64,000 nt of DNA from Candidatus Eiseniibacteriota bacterium (GTDB lineage Bacteria; Eisenbacteria; RBG-16-71-46; CAIMUX01; VGJL01): NCBI GenBank assembly GCA_963792585.1, contig CAWBWI010000006.1, positions 1 through 64,000 on the forward strand, in the 5' to 3' direction. The position numbers and the translations under genes are program-made. A model generated the notes under the pieces. That model was not told the origin of the DNA. It was given only the letters and a program-made list of their open reading frames with translations, and ran no database searches. This document shows positions 30,832-41,543 of the stretch, one piece after another. Numbering within the stretch: the stretch's first letter is position 1; the number at the start of each line of letters is the position of its first letter.

Positions 30832-30915
30832 CGCCGATTCCCTGGAGTCGATCCCCTGACGCCGACTTCCCGGAGCCGATCTCATGGCGCCGACTTCCGA
30901 GAGCCGATCTCCTAT
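30832..30915. repeat. Three imperfect tandem 28-bp repeats (14-bp sub-period) between convergent genes
   Basis: cgccgattccctggagtcgatcccctga / cgccgacttcccggagccgatctcatgg / cgccgacttccgagagccgatctcctat. Confidence 0.8.
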
Positions 30916-31619
30916 CGCCAGACCAGCAACAGCGTGCGTGGATCCAGCTCGACGTGGACGTCGGCGAGGTCGGGATTGTCGTGGTCCTTGACGAGCTGGA
31001 GACGGACGTGCTCCTCCGCCGTATGGAGCCGCAGCATGACCGCGATGTAGTCGTCGAACTGCGCGATCTGCGATGGAACGCCACGGGCATCCAGCTTTTC
31101 TCCCTCGCGATGGACATGCCCCTCGAGCCAGATCTCGCACTGAAACTTCTCCGCGAGGGCGCGAAGGGGTTCCATCTGCGCGGGAGTTGCCGTGTCCCAG
31201 TCCGGGTACCCTTCGAGGATGATGGTGCTCGGCTCGAAGTGCATGTGCTGCGACATGTACTCGAGCACGCCCACGAGCCGTTCGACCGTGAAGGTGTTCC
31301 CCAGGAATGTGTGGATCATGCGGTTGCGCTCCACCTGGAGGTGGACGCGCAGGCGGTCCTCGAGGTTCGTCGATACCGCAAGGTCGTGGAAGATCTCCTC
31401 GTAGAACTCGCGGAGGCGATCGGCCGAACACTGCGTGCTGATGTGCATGACCTTCCGGTCCTGCAAGAGGTCATCGAGGGCGACGCCTACGAGGAAGGGC
31501 GTGCGCCCCGTGCCCGTGCGGCTGAGTACGATTCCGATGTTCCCCTTGCCAAGGCCCCCGTGGATGGAGCGCTCGAAGACGCGCATCGGACTCCGGCGAA
31601 TGATCGTATCCCTATCCAT
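30912..31619 (-). CDS. RecA/KaiC-like P-loop protein of unknown function downstream of fusA
   Basis: GGLGKGNIGIVLSRTGTGRT (degenerate Walker A), KVMHIS, IILEGY; starts 14 nt after the fusA stop. Confidence 0.75.
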   Translation of the reverse strand: MDRDTIIRRSPMRVFERSIHGGLGKGNIGIVLSRTGTGRTPFLVGVALDDLLQDRKVMHISTQCSADRLREFYEEIFHDLAVSTNLEDRLRVHLQVERNRMIHTFLGNTFTVERLVGVLEYMSQHMHFEPSTIILEGYPDWDTATPAQMEPLRALAEKFQCEIWLEGHVHREGEKLDARGVPSQIAQFDDYIAVMLRLHTAEEHVRLQLVKDHDNPDLADVHVELDPRTLLLVWR

Positions 31620-31633
31620 TGTTCCTCTCCGGC

Positions 31634-33727
31634 CTAGTTGCCCTTCAGCCGCTTCTCGAGCCAGACCTTGCGCAGTTCCTCGCTGACATCCGAGGGCGCG
31701 ACACCGTAACGCGAGAACTCCATCGTGAACTCCGCCTTGCCCTGTGTGGCCGAGCGCAGCACGGTCGCATAGCCGAACATCTCGCTCAGGGGCACGTCGG
31801 CGTCGATGCGGACGAATCCGGATTCTTCCGTCGTGCCGTGGATGATCCCGCGTCGCTTCATCAGGCTTCCCATCATATCCCCCTGGAACTCCGTCGGACC
31901 CTCCACCGAGACCTTCATGATTGGCTCGAGGATGGCCGGCTTCCCCTTGGGATAGTACTCGCGGAAGGCGCCGCGGGCCGCCGCCTGGAAGGCGTTGTCG
32001 CTCGAGTCGACCGCGTGGAAGGCGCCGTCGGTCACCGTCACGCGCAGGCCGACTACCGGATACCCCGCGAACTCACCGCGGTCCAGGCTGGACCGGAAGC
32101 CCTTCTCGATGGATCCGATGAACTCGACCGGGATCGAGCCGCCGACCACCTTGTTGACGTACTCGAACTGACCCTCTTCGAGCGGCTCCAACGTCCCGAT
32201 GATCCGTCCGTACTGGCCGGATCCTCCCGTCTGTTTCTTGTGCGTGTAGTCGAACGGGACGGTGACGGCGATCGTCTCGCGGTAGGCGACCTTCGGACGC
32301 CCGAGCTCGACCTCGGCGTTGTACTCGCGGCGCATCCGCTCCACATAGACGTCGAGGTGGAGCTCGCCCATCCCCGAGATCAGGGTGTCTCCCGTCTCCT
32401 CGTCGGTGCTGGTCCGGAATGTCGGGTCCTCACGGGTGAAGCGCTGGAGCGCCTTCGTCATGCTGTCCTGCGCCTTGTTGTCCTTCGGCTTGATCGAGAG
32501 GCTGACCACGGGCTCCGGCACGTGGATCGAGGTCATCGATGCCTCGACCGTCCCGTCGGTGAACGTGTCGCCCGACGCGCAGTCGATCCCGTAAAGCGCC
32601 ACGATGTCCCCCGCCTGCGCCTCCTCGATGTCCTCCATGTCGTCGGCGTGCAGACGGACGAGACGGCCGACCTTCACGCGGTCACGGCTGCGCGAGTTGA
32701 CGATCATGTCGCCCTTGTGCAGGGTGCCCTGGTAGATGCGCAGATAGGTCAACTGGCCGTAGGGAGTCACCTGGAGCTTGAACGCGAGCGAGATCAGCGC
32801 CTTGTCGGGAGAGGGCGAGACGACGAAGGTCGCCTCCTCTTCCCCGGATGTGTCGATCGCCTCGTTCACGACCTCCGTCGGGTCGGGAAGGTACGCCACC
32901 ACCGCATCGAGGAGGATCTGCACGCCCTTGTTCTTGTACGCGGACCCCATGAACACCGGCGTGATCTTACGCGCGATGGTCGCGCTGCGGACCGCGGCGA
33001 CGATCAGATCCTCCGTGACCCGATCCTCGAGCATGGCCTCCATGAGCGCGTCGTCGTACATCGAGACGGCGTCGAGAAGGTGCTCCCTCCGCGATACGGC
33101 TTCCGGCATGAGGGCCGTGGGAATCTCGATCTCCTTGATCTCCGTCCCGGCGTCGCCCTCGAAGAGGTATCCCTTCATCCGGACCAGGTCGACGACCCCC
33201 TTGTGGTCGGCTTCGAGACCGATGGGGATCTGCATCAGGACGGGATTGCGGCCGAGCTTCTCCTGGATCTGGTCGGCAACGCGGGCGGGATTGGCGCCGG
33301 CCCGGTCGCACTTGTTCACGAAGGCGATCCGCGGAACCTTGTAACGGTTCATCTGCCGGTCGACGGTGATCGACTGGCTCTGGACGCCGGCGACCGCGCA
33401 GAGGACGAGGACGGCTCCGTCGAGCACGCGCAGGGAGCGCTCCACCTCGATCGTGAAGTCCACGTGGCCCGGCGTGTCGATGATATTAATGTGGTGATCC
33501 TTCCAGCTGCAGTAGGTCGCCGCGCTGGCGATCGTGATCCCACGTTCCCTCTCCAGATCCATCGAGTCCATCGTGGCGCCGACGCCGTCCTTGCCTCGGA
33601 CCTCGTGGATCTTGTGGATCCGCTTCGTGTAGAAGAGGATCCGCTCGGTGAGAGTCGTCTTCCCCGAGTCGATGTGCGCGCTGATGCCAATATTGCGCAC
33701 GGTCTTGAGATTGGTGATCTTGCTCAC
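31634..33727 (-). CDS. fusA: Elongation factor G (spdEFG1/mtEFG1-like, stand-alone)
   Basis: [45 protein letters not shown]; insert [16 protein letters not shown] typical of the mtEFG1-like clade. No rpsL/rpsG/tuf adjacent. Confidence 0.97.
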   Translation of the reverse strand: MSKITNLKTVRNIGISAHIDSGKTTLTERILFYTKRIHKIHEVRGKDGVGATMDSMDLERERGITIASAATYCSWKDHHINIIDTPGHVDFTIEVERSLRVLDGAVLVLCAVAGVQSQSITVDRQMNRYKVPRIAFVNKCDRAGANPARVADQIQEKLGRNPVLMQIPIGLEADHKGVVDLVRMKGYLFEGDAGTEIKEIEIPTALMPEAVSRREHLLDAVSMYDDALMEAMLEDRVTEDLIVAAVRSATIARKITPVFMGSAYKNKGVQILLDAVVAYLPDPTEVVNEAIDTSGEEEATFVVSPSPDKALISLAFKLQVTPYGQLTYLRIYQGTLHKGDMIVNSRSRDRVKVGRLVRLHADDMEDIEEAQAGDIVALYGIDCASGDTFTDGTVEASMTSIHVPEPVVSLSIKPKDNKAQDSMTKALQRFTREDPTFRTSTDEETGDTLISGMGELHLDVYVERMRREYNAEVELGRPKVAYRETIAVTVPFDYTHKKQTGGSGQYGRIIGTLEPLEEGQFEYVNKVVGGSIPVEFIGSIEKGFRSSLDRGEFAGYPVVGLRVTVTDGAFHAVDSSDNAFQAAARGAFREYYPKGKPAILEPIMKVSVEGPTEFQGDMMGSLMKRRGIIHGTTEESGFVRIDADVPLSEMFGYATVLRSATQGKAEFTMEFSRYGVAPSDVSEELRKVWLEKRLKGN

Positions 33728-33988
33728 CTCTGGAATGCTCCTGTCTTCGAATTCGTGAATGGCGCTCGCGGGGTAGGAAACCGCGCCGGAAACGACGGCG
33801 CAAGCAACCGCGAGGGTGGCGCCTGGTCAGGGACCATTTGCGACAAGTAAACAGTGGAATCTACCTAATTGGAGCAGGGGAATGCAAGGACGTTTTTGTC
33901 CTGTGCGTTGTTGTCCTGTGCGCCCGTTTCCGGTGCGGATGCCGGGGCGGATCGCCCCGCGTCGGGCGCTCCTGTCCATTCCGGAGGT

Positions 33989-34019
33989 CACTCCCGTTTA
34001 GTTGAACTAAAAGGGAGTG
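33989..34019. promoter_or_regulatory. Inverted repeat in the divergent fusA / FG-GAP intergenic region
   Basis: cactccc-g-tttagt-tga-actaaa-a-gggagtg. Confidence 0.45.
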
Positions 34020-34164
34020 CCGTCCCTTTGGGTAGGCAATCAAGGAAAATCACGGAAGCCCCCCGCCCACGAGTGCGGATTTCGGAGGTCTCAGCGTTCC
34101 CCATATGAGGCCTGCCGTCTTGGCCGGCCGCGAACCCAGATCCGAAGAAGGAGGCAGCAAGACC

Positions 34165-37100
34165 ATGGAATCGACTTCCTGGTACCGCCATAGAATACCC
34201 AATCGCTCCGCAGCCGAGCGCAGGCACCCTCTCTCGAGACGGGCGCACGCACTGGTTCTCGTCTTCGCCTGCCTCTTCGTCCTGGCCGGCCTGCTCGCCT
34301 CGACGCCCCGACCGGCCTCCGCGTATCTCGCGGTCATCCGGCAGGGGGAAGAGAGCCGTGGCGCCCCCGAGTCGGGGGATACGTTTGGAGCGTCCGTTGC
34401 GGTTGGCGACTTCAACGGCGACGGCTATGACGATCTCGCGACCGGGGCGCCGTTCGAGGATGCCAGCGGGTACAACCACGCCGGCATGGTGGTCGTGAGC
34501 TACGGCTCCCAGTACGGAATCAAGCGTTCGGGCGCGCAGGCCCTGCTGCAGAGCGACGGCGATGCCCTCGAAGACGGCGCGCTCTTCGGGGAAGCGGTCG
34601 CGGCGGGAGACTTCGACAACGACGGCTACGACGACCTCGCGATCGGGGCGCCTCTCACCGACGCCGACGAAACCCACACCAACGTGGGCTACGTCTTCGT
34701 CTATGCCGGCGGACCGGGCGGGCTCTCCTACTGGCACTACCTCTGGCAACCGGGGGGTGGCGGATCGCTCGAGTCCAACGACAGATTCGGCGCGTCGCTC
34801 TGCGTCGGTAACTTCAACGGGCTCCCCGGTTCCAATCAGGATCTGGCCGTCGGATCGCCGGGCGAGGACTGGGGACGCGGGAACCGTCTTCTGGTTCACC
34901 GGGGGCACGCAAGGACTGCTCAACGGAACGCACGGCTGGTTCAAGCAGTCGACCCTCGGCGGAACGAACGTCGCGGGAGATCAGTTCGGCTACAGCCTGG
35001 CCGCCGGTCAGATCCAGGGCGCCGACTACGAGGATCTGATCATCGGAACCCCCTTCAAGGAAGTCAGCGGCACCGATGACGCCGGCGTGGTCTGGACGGT
35101 GGGATCGAATGCGTCGGGCCCCTCGGCGGGAGCGGCACGGATGATCTGTCCCGGGTGAGGGAGATCTCGCCGAACAGTCCGTACCCGGACGGCTACTTCG
35201 GATGGTCGGTCGCAGCCGGCCGGTACTGGGGCGGTGACTACGACGGTGTCGCCATCGGCGAACCCGGACGCAGCTACTTCGGACACCCTGGATCCGGGCG
35301 AGTGGTCGTCGGCCAGCGGAGGCTTCCTCGGCCTGAGCTTTACCGGCGCCAATGCCGTCACGTTGTTCCAGAACGATGTCGGTTGGGCGCTGGGTGACAA
35401 CGACGGTTTCGGGCGCTCGCTCGCGGCCGGCTACTACGACACGGCGGATGGCGGAGAGGACCTCATCATCGGATCACCGACCGACAACTCGAACGGCGGA
35501 CCCAGTTTCTCGGGAGTGATCTCGGTCGTCTTCGGAGGACCGAACGGACCGGGGGGGCACGGATATGGCGGTTGGGCGCAGGATGCGTTCAGCGACGACA
35601 TCGCGCAGTTCGACGACTTCGGCCAGTCGCTCGCGGTCGGGAAGTTCGACGCCACCAACCGCGGCAACCTCGCCGTCGGCGCGCCCGGCGAGGATTCGAA
35701 CACCGGCCAGGTCGTGATCGTCGCCCCGTGGCGCCAGACACCGTACGCCGGATTCCGCAACGGCATCGCGATCGACTGCGAGGGCAACTGGATCTACGCG
35801 CAGAAACCGTTCGACGAGGTGCAGATCGCGAGCACGACCAAGATCATGACCGTATTCCTCGCCTGCGAGCGGATGGCCCTGCCGACGAACGATCCGAACT
35901 ACGTCAGTCCGAACGCCTCCTACACGGTGCCCGACTGGATTCGAGAGAACATCGGGGGTTCCCGCTACGAGTTCGCGTACAGCAGCGTCTCCACCTCGTG
36001 GGATCTCCTCTACTGCTGCATCTTCCCGTCGGGAAACGACGCCGCGTATGCCATCGCGGATCTCTTGACCGGCAGCAACAACATCTGGACCGGTGCCTAC
36101 GACACCACCTGTCCGCTCTTCGTCGCCGAGATGAATGACGCGCGCCGCGCAGCTCGGCATGACGCACACGCACTTCACCAATCCGGCCGGACTGGACAAG
36201 GGACTCCCCTACTCGTGCGCCGCGGACATGGCGAAGCTGGCCGCCGCGGCAATGGACAACCAGACCTTTCGCCTCATCGTCGGCTCGACGATCGCATACC
36301 TTCGAGACCAGCCGCCTGGACGGGTCGGTCCGTGTTTCGTTCGAAGACACCATCGAGTACGGCTGGCTCCAGGGGATGCAGAACTACAACGCGCTCTTCG
36401 ACGGGGTCAAGCCGGGCCGAACTCCGCGGGCCGACCGCACGGCAGTCTTCTCGATCGACACTCAGCTCTACGACGGCCCCGGACTGGCGGTCAGCCTGGG
36501 CCACTTGACCCGGGCATCCATCCGTGCAAACGGAGATGCCCTCATGGACCTTGCGCGGGCCGCCTGCGGGGGCAGCTTCGCGCGGGACGGCTCCGGAGAC
36601 GGCGGCGCCCTGGCACGAGACGAGGGGGATGATGGCTTCCGCGTCAACTTCGGCCCGCTCTCGACCTTTCTCGGGGACCACTCGGGCGGCGCCGCGGAGC
36701 TGGTTCCGCCTTCAACCCCCACGGCCAATTTCACCCAGGTCGAACTGCTGCGGCCTTCGGAAGCGGCGTCACCAGCTGTCGCCTCGAACTCCTCCGCAGC
36801 GCGGAAGCTGGAGACTCGCAGCCGGGTGCGGCAGACGACTCTGGGCATCGGTCCCTTCCAGTCGCACGGCGGGCCTGACCTTCATCAATCACGGCGAGTT
36901 GACCGTGAGCTTCCTGGTCAACACCAGCCACACCGGCACGCCGATTCCGATGACGCTGGATCCGGGTGAGCGCGGGACCATTCCCGCATACACGGGACCG
37001 GAGGTCCCCGAGTTCGACGTACACGATCGAGAACCGAGCACGCGCCGGAGACCGTGACGCTCGGCATCATGGAGGACTGGATCTGGGACAAGAGCGGGAT

Positions 37101-37566
37101 CCCGGTCGGGCCGGCGCCGTTCTTCTCGCCCGTGCTCCAGCAGTCCGACGCCTTGCTCGATCAGTCGTTCCGCGTGCACGTGACCGGCGCCGACACCGAG
37201 CCGGGACGCTCGGTGGTCGTCTCGCTTCACGATCCGGGATTGACGGCCGACGTGCCGGCACCCGAGCTCGAATCGACCGGGACGGCGCGGCTGCGCGCCT
37301 TCCATGCCTGGCCGAACCCGTTCGCCGGGAGCACGCGTCTCGGCTTCGAGCTGGCGCAGCCGGGGGACGTGCGCCTCGAGATCTTCGATCCGTCCGGTCG
37401 CCGGGTGCGCGCCTTCGAGCGCACAGGCGCGCCTGCCGGTCCTGGCGGGTTCGACTGGGACGGAAGGTCCGCCGACGGCCGCGCGGTCGCGCCGGGGATC
37501 TACCTCTATCGAATCGAACAGAGCGGGCACGGGACGGCGACGGGACGCGTCACGTTGATTCGTTAG
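34165..37566 (+). CDS. Secreted FG-GAP repeat / D-Ala-D-Ala carboxypeptidase (S11) / FlgD-Ig fusion protein (multiple frameshifts)
   Basis: AAGGAGG RBS and signal peptide; FG..GDFNGDGYDDLATGAP repeats; S11 motifs IASTTKIMT, SGNDAA, FTNPAGL and GVKPG; C-terminal PNPF..IFDPSGRRVR..WDG..GIYLY. Pieces lie in ORFs 34105-35079, 34562-35158, 35234-36508, 36135-36632, 36376-36969 and 37054-37566. Confidence 0.75.
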
Positions 37567-37657
37567 TCTGATTCCTGCGCATCGGGGCAACTTCGGGCCG
37601 AGGGCAATCGCATTGTCCTCGGCCCTTCGTCTCGAACGTGAGCCACCCGAGACCGAC

Positions 37658-40600
37658 TCAGTCCCGAAGGGCGATTCCGAGCAGCGCTTGTTCCGCCGTG
37701 GCGATCAGATCCTTCCGCGGGATTGCCCGGCCCGCAGCCGTTGCCGCCACGAATCGAGCCTCCCCCATCGTTACGCGAAGCGATTGAACGAAGTCCTCGT
37801 GCGCGGCGCGATCGCCATCGTTGACGGGGAGACGGGCGGCCTCGCGCGCCGCCATCGACGCTGCAAGGAGCGGGGCGGCAGCCTCCGGTTGACCGACCGA
37901 GGCGAGGAGGCGCGCCGAGATCTCGAGGAGCGCAACCACGTGCAGGGCATGCTCATGCCTCTTGTGGGTTGCCCAGGCTTCCAGCAGGAGGGCCTGCGCC
38001 TCGCGCGGCGCCCCACTCGCGATCTCGACCAATGCGCTGCATCCAAGACCATAGGCAAGCGCCGACTGGTTGGTCGATCGTCTTTGGACCTCGAGGCTCC
38101 GCCCGAGATGGAGACGCGCGTTCTCGAGGTCTCCGCGTTGATAGGCCAGGTATCCGAGGTTGGTCAGAACCGCCGCCGCGGAGGTTTCGTCGCCCAGTTC
38201 CTGAAACAGCTCGATCGCCTCCCTGTACCGGGCCTCGCATGCATCTGAATTGCCGGCGCGTCCCTCGGTCACTCCCAGGTTTCCGAGGGTAGCGGCCAGA
38301 GCGATCTTGTTTCCGAGGGAGCGCTGGATCGCGCACGCCTCGAGCAGCAGCTCCCGAGAACGATCGTACTGGCGCTCCAGCTCGGCCAGACGAGCCTTGG
38401 CGGCGAGCCCGCCCGCGAGAAGGCCGGACTGGTTCTGCCGCCGCAGGATCTCGATCCCGCGGTCGACCCAGCGGTTGGCACCCGGTACGTCTCCCAGCTC
38501 GGTGAGCCCTGCCCCGATTCCGATTGCGGCGAGACCGAGGGTCGCGCTCTCGGTCGTTACGCCGTCTGCCGCGGCCATCGTCAACTCAATCCCTTCGCGC
38601 ATGTGACCCCGCGTCAGCCAGTAGCGCCTGAGCCTGGTGCAGAGTCGTAGCGATTGCTCCATGTCGTCGGTTTGCGGATCCGCACTCCGGGAACCCCAGA
38701 CCACCGCGGCGCGGAAATTGTCACGGTCGTCATCGAGCGCCAGCAGGGATGTTTCCTGATCCGGACCAAAGAGGCGGGCGTCGTGCCGGCGCGCGAAATC
38801 GAAGCACCAGTCGAGGTGACGGCGTCGCATCCGCTCCGAGTCCCCCGCAGCCGCCGATCGCTCGCCGGCGAACGCGCGCACCATTTCGAGCAAGCGATAG
38901 CGAGGGCGCGGCTCGGGCTCGAATTGAACCAGGGAGGTGTCGGTCAGAGCGCTTAGCAGATCGACCAGATCTCGACCCTCGATCGCGGCTCCTTCCTCAC
39001 CTTCGTCACGGCAGACCTCCTCGGCGGCTTCGAGTGGAAACCCCCCGACGAAGACGGACAGGCGGTCGAGCAGCTTCGCCTCGGCCGGGGACAGGAGATC
39101 GTAGCTCCAGCCGATCGATGCCCGGATGGTCCCGTGTCGTGTGAGCGCGCCGGCCTGTTGGCCGGCCAGGAGACGGAAGCCGTCTTCGAGTCGATCGGCA
39201 ACCGTCGCGACTCCCAGGGTCGAGGCGCGGGCCGCCGCCAGCTCGATCGCGAGCGGAATCCCGTCCACGCGCCGGACGATGCGTGCCACATCCGGCGCCG
39301 ACGAGGGGCTGAGCACGAGGTCGGAGCGGCCCCGTGAGGCCCGGTCGACGAAGAGGCGGACCGCCTCGGAATCCAGGATCCGCATGCTGGTCTCTTGGGA
39401 CTCGGGAAGGGAGAGGGACGGGACGCGATAGATCCGCTCCCCGTCCACCCGGAGCGGCGCTCGGCTCGTGGCCAGCATGCGAAGGCGCGGGGCCGAGGCG
39501 AGGAGCGCTTCAGCGAGATCCGCGCAGCCGGCGATCAGGTGCTCGCAATTGTCGAGCACGAGGAGGGCGGTCCGCTCGGCAAGGTGTTCCTTCAGGATCT
39601 CCACGGTCGCTCGATCGCCCTGTTCCGGCAGGCTCAACGACTGCGCGACCAGGATGGCGACCAGGTCGTCCGAGGTCGCACCGGATAGATCCACCCACGT
39701 GACCCCGTCCGGCATGCCGCCCGCGAGATCTTGCGCGGCGCGGTGCGCGAGTCGGGTCTTGCCGGCGCCACCCGCCCCGATCAGGGTGACCAGTCCCGGC
39801 TCGACCAGGAGCCGGCGAACGGCGAGGAGCTCGGACCGTCGTCCGATGAAGCGCGTGCCGAACTGCGGCAGCCCGGGTACGCGCCCTCCGCCGAGCTCCT
39901 CGGTCCACGCACTCGCGTCGGAATCGAACGCGGCTCGAAGGTAGATCTCGAACTCGCTCGCGGTGACGGGGCGATTCGCCGGATCCGGGGCCAGCGCGCG
40001 TTCGATCCCGCGCACGAGCGGCGCGGGCAAACCCGGGCGGAGTTCCTCAAGCGGCAACCGTTCCCCTCGTGATTGGCGGTCGAGCAGCTCGTTCCAATCG
40101 CCCGCATCGATCGGATACCGCCCGGTCAGCAATCGATAGAGCACAACCCCAAGGGAGTAGAGATCCCCAGCAACCGACGGAGGATCGCCGCGAAGCAGCT
40201 CCGGCGCCATGAAGAGCGGGGTGCCGTGCACGAGGGTCGCGGACATGTGGCGGCGCGTGCCCGCGCCGAAGTCCATCAGCAAGGTGCGGCCGTCTTCCTC
40301 GACCATAGCGTTGGAGGTCTTGACGTCCCCATGGATCAGACCGGCGTCGTGCACGGCCGCCAGTGCGCGGGCGAGATCGATGCCGGAGCGCACCACCTCC
40401 TCGATGGGAAGAGGGCCTTGCGCGGCCAGCCGCTCCTCGAGGGTTTGTCCGCGCACGAGCTCGGTCCACAGCCCGACCATTCCGTCCCGCACTTCCACCC
40501 CGTGAATGGCGAGGACGTTCGGATGCCGGGCCCGGGCCAGCAGGCGGGCCTCGTCGAGCAGCACCGAGAGGTCGGTCTCGGCCGGGTCCACCGGTCGGAG

Positions 40601-40924
40601 CTTGAGCGCGACCTCCCGCTCCAGGGCAGGATCGAACGAGCGGTAGACGAGACCGAAGCTGCCCGCCCCGATCTGCTCGCGCACCTCGAGCGACCCCCAG
40701 AGGAAGGGAGGCGTCGGAGCGATCCAGGCCGGTTGCGTCGTGCCCGCTTCTCCACCGCTGGCCGGCATTTTCTCGAGGCTCTGCCGTGCCATTCCGGCCA
40801 GGCGCGAGAGGATCTCGATTCGAGAGCCGAGCTCGGGATGGGTCCGCGCCAGGGCGACCCAGTCGACCGGGGTCCCATCCGCGATCGCCCGGGCGGCGCG
40901 TCGCAGAGGATCAGGATGGGTCAC
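37658..40924 (-). CDS. Ser/Thr kinase fused to a STAND (NB-ARC-like, COG3903) NTPase and TPR repeats
   Basis: GAGSFGLVY, VALK, HGDVKTSN, DFG, MAPE; FIGR, GAGGAGKT, LLVLDNCEH, GIPLAIELAA; C-terminal TPRs; no TM segment. Confidence 0.92.
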   Translation of the reverse strand: MTHPDPLRRAARAIADGTPVDWVALARTHPELGSRIEILSRLAGMARQSLEKMPASGGEAGTTQPAWIAPTPPFLWGSLEVREQIGAGSFGLVYRSFDPALEREVALKLRPVDPAETDLSVLLDEARLLARARHPNVLAIHGVEVRDGMVGLWTELVRGQTLEERLAAQGPLPIEEVVRSGIDLARALAAVHDAGLIHGDVKTSNAMVEEDGRTLLMDFGAGTRRHMSATLVHGTPLFMAPELLRGDPPSVAGDLYSLGVVLYRLLTGRYPIDAGDWNELLDRQSRGERLPLEELRPGLPAPLVRGIERALAPDPANRPVTASEFEIYLRAAFDSDASAWTEELGGGRVPGLPQFGTRFIGRRSELLAVRRLLVEPGLVTLIGAGGAGKTRLAHRAAQDLAGGMPDGVTWVDLSGATSDDLVAILVAQSLSLPEQGDRATVEILKEHLAERTALLVLDNCEHLIAGCADLAEALLASAPRLRMLATSRAPLRVDGERIYRVPSLSLPESQETSMRILDSEAVRLFVDRASRGRSDLVLSPSSAPDVARIVRRVDGIPLAIELAAARASTLGVATVADRLEDGFRLLAGQQAGALTRHGTIRASIGWSYDLLSPAEAKLLDRLSVFVGGFPLEAAEEVCRDEGEEGAAIEGRDLVDLLSALTDTSLVQFEPEPRPRYRLLEMVRAFAGERSAAAGDSERMRRRHLDWCFDFARRHDARLFGPDQETSLLALDDDRDNFRAAVVWGSRSADPQTDDMEQSLRLCTRLRRYWLTRGHMREGIELTMAAADGVTTESATLGLAAIGIGAGLTELGDVPGANRWVDRGIEILRRQNQSGLLAGGLAAKARLAELERQYDRSRELLLEACAIQRSLGNKIALAATLGNLGVTEGRAGNSDACEARYREAIELFQELGDETSAAAVLTNLGYLAYQRGDLENARLHLGRSLEVQRRSTNQSALAYGLGCSALVEIASGAPREAQALLLEAWATHKRHEHALHVVALLEISARLLASVGQPEAAAPLLAASMAAREAARLPVNDGDRAAHEDFVQSLRVTMGEARFVAATAAGRAIPRKDLIATAEQALLGIALRD

Positions 40925-41489
40925 TCATGACCTCGGCCAGATGGAGGATCGCGCGAGAGACCTGCATGCGGACGGAGTTGCCCGACTTGCGTCCCAGCGC
41001 GGTGGCGATTTCCGGGTAGCTGAATCCAAACTCGATTCGCAGGACGACCGCCTGCTGCTGCTCCGGCTTGAGCGTCGCGAGCGCCCTGTCGTAGCGCTGC
41101 ACGAGATCGCTGCCGAGGGTGCGCTCGAGCATGGCCGGGCGGTCGTCGATCAAGTCGTCAGGGAGCTCCGCCCGCGCCGGCCGGCGACCCACCCGCCGCA
41201 GTTCATCGCGCAGGCAGTTCAGTACCGCAGTCCGCAGGTAGGCGAAGAAGGACCCCGGCGTGTCGGCGTCGATCTGGTCGACCCGTTGCAGCGCGCGCAC
41301 CAGCGCCACGCTCACGAGGTCGTTGGTGTCCATGAGATCGCGCGCAGCACTGGGGAGTCGACCCCGAGCCCAGCGCTGCAATCCAGGCAGGAAACGGCGA
41401 ACGAGCAGCTCGCGCGCCGCGGGGTCCCCCCCGCGGATCCGCTCCAGGATCGCGGATGTGTTCTCCGGATTCCCGCCGTCCTTCAGCAC
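40911..41489 (-). CDS. ECF RNA polymerase sigma factor
   Basis: Sigma2 (GDPAARELL..DTNDLV..FFAYL..NCLRDELRR) and sigma4 (LKPEQQQAVVLR..SYPEIA..VRMQVSRA); overlaps the kinase start. Confidence 0.92.
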   Translation of the reverse strand: MLKDGGNPENTSAILERIRGGDPAARELLVRRFLPGLQRWARGRLPSAARDLMDTNDLVSVALVRALQRVDQIDADTPGSFFAYLRTAVLNCLRDELRRVGRRPARAELPDDLIDDRPAMLERTLGSDLVQRYDRALATLKPEQQQAVVLRIEFGFSYPEIATALGRKSGNSVRMQVSRAILHLAEVMSDPS

Positions 41490-41543
41490 GCTTTCCGGGC
41501 CTTCCTTCCGCTCAAGGGCGCCTGGGGCCTCGTTCCTCCGCTG

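Noticed and set aside
33770..33835. c-di-GMP-I riboswitch-like sequence (ggaaacc..ggaaac..gcgcaagc)
   Set aside because: The GCAAA/GNRA/receptor spacing and P1 pairing do not fit the consensus; a covariance search would be needed to revive it.
31619..33850. 743-aa plus-strand ORF antisense to fusA, and similar long antisense ORFs (60102-62711, 9998-11608, 49385-50818, 44120-45529)
   Set aside because: Shadow ORFs expected from high-GC codon bias opposite real genes; no recognisable motifs.
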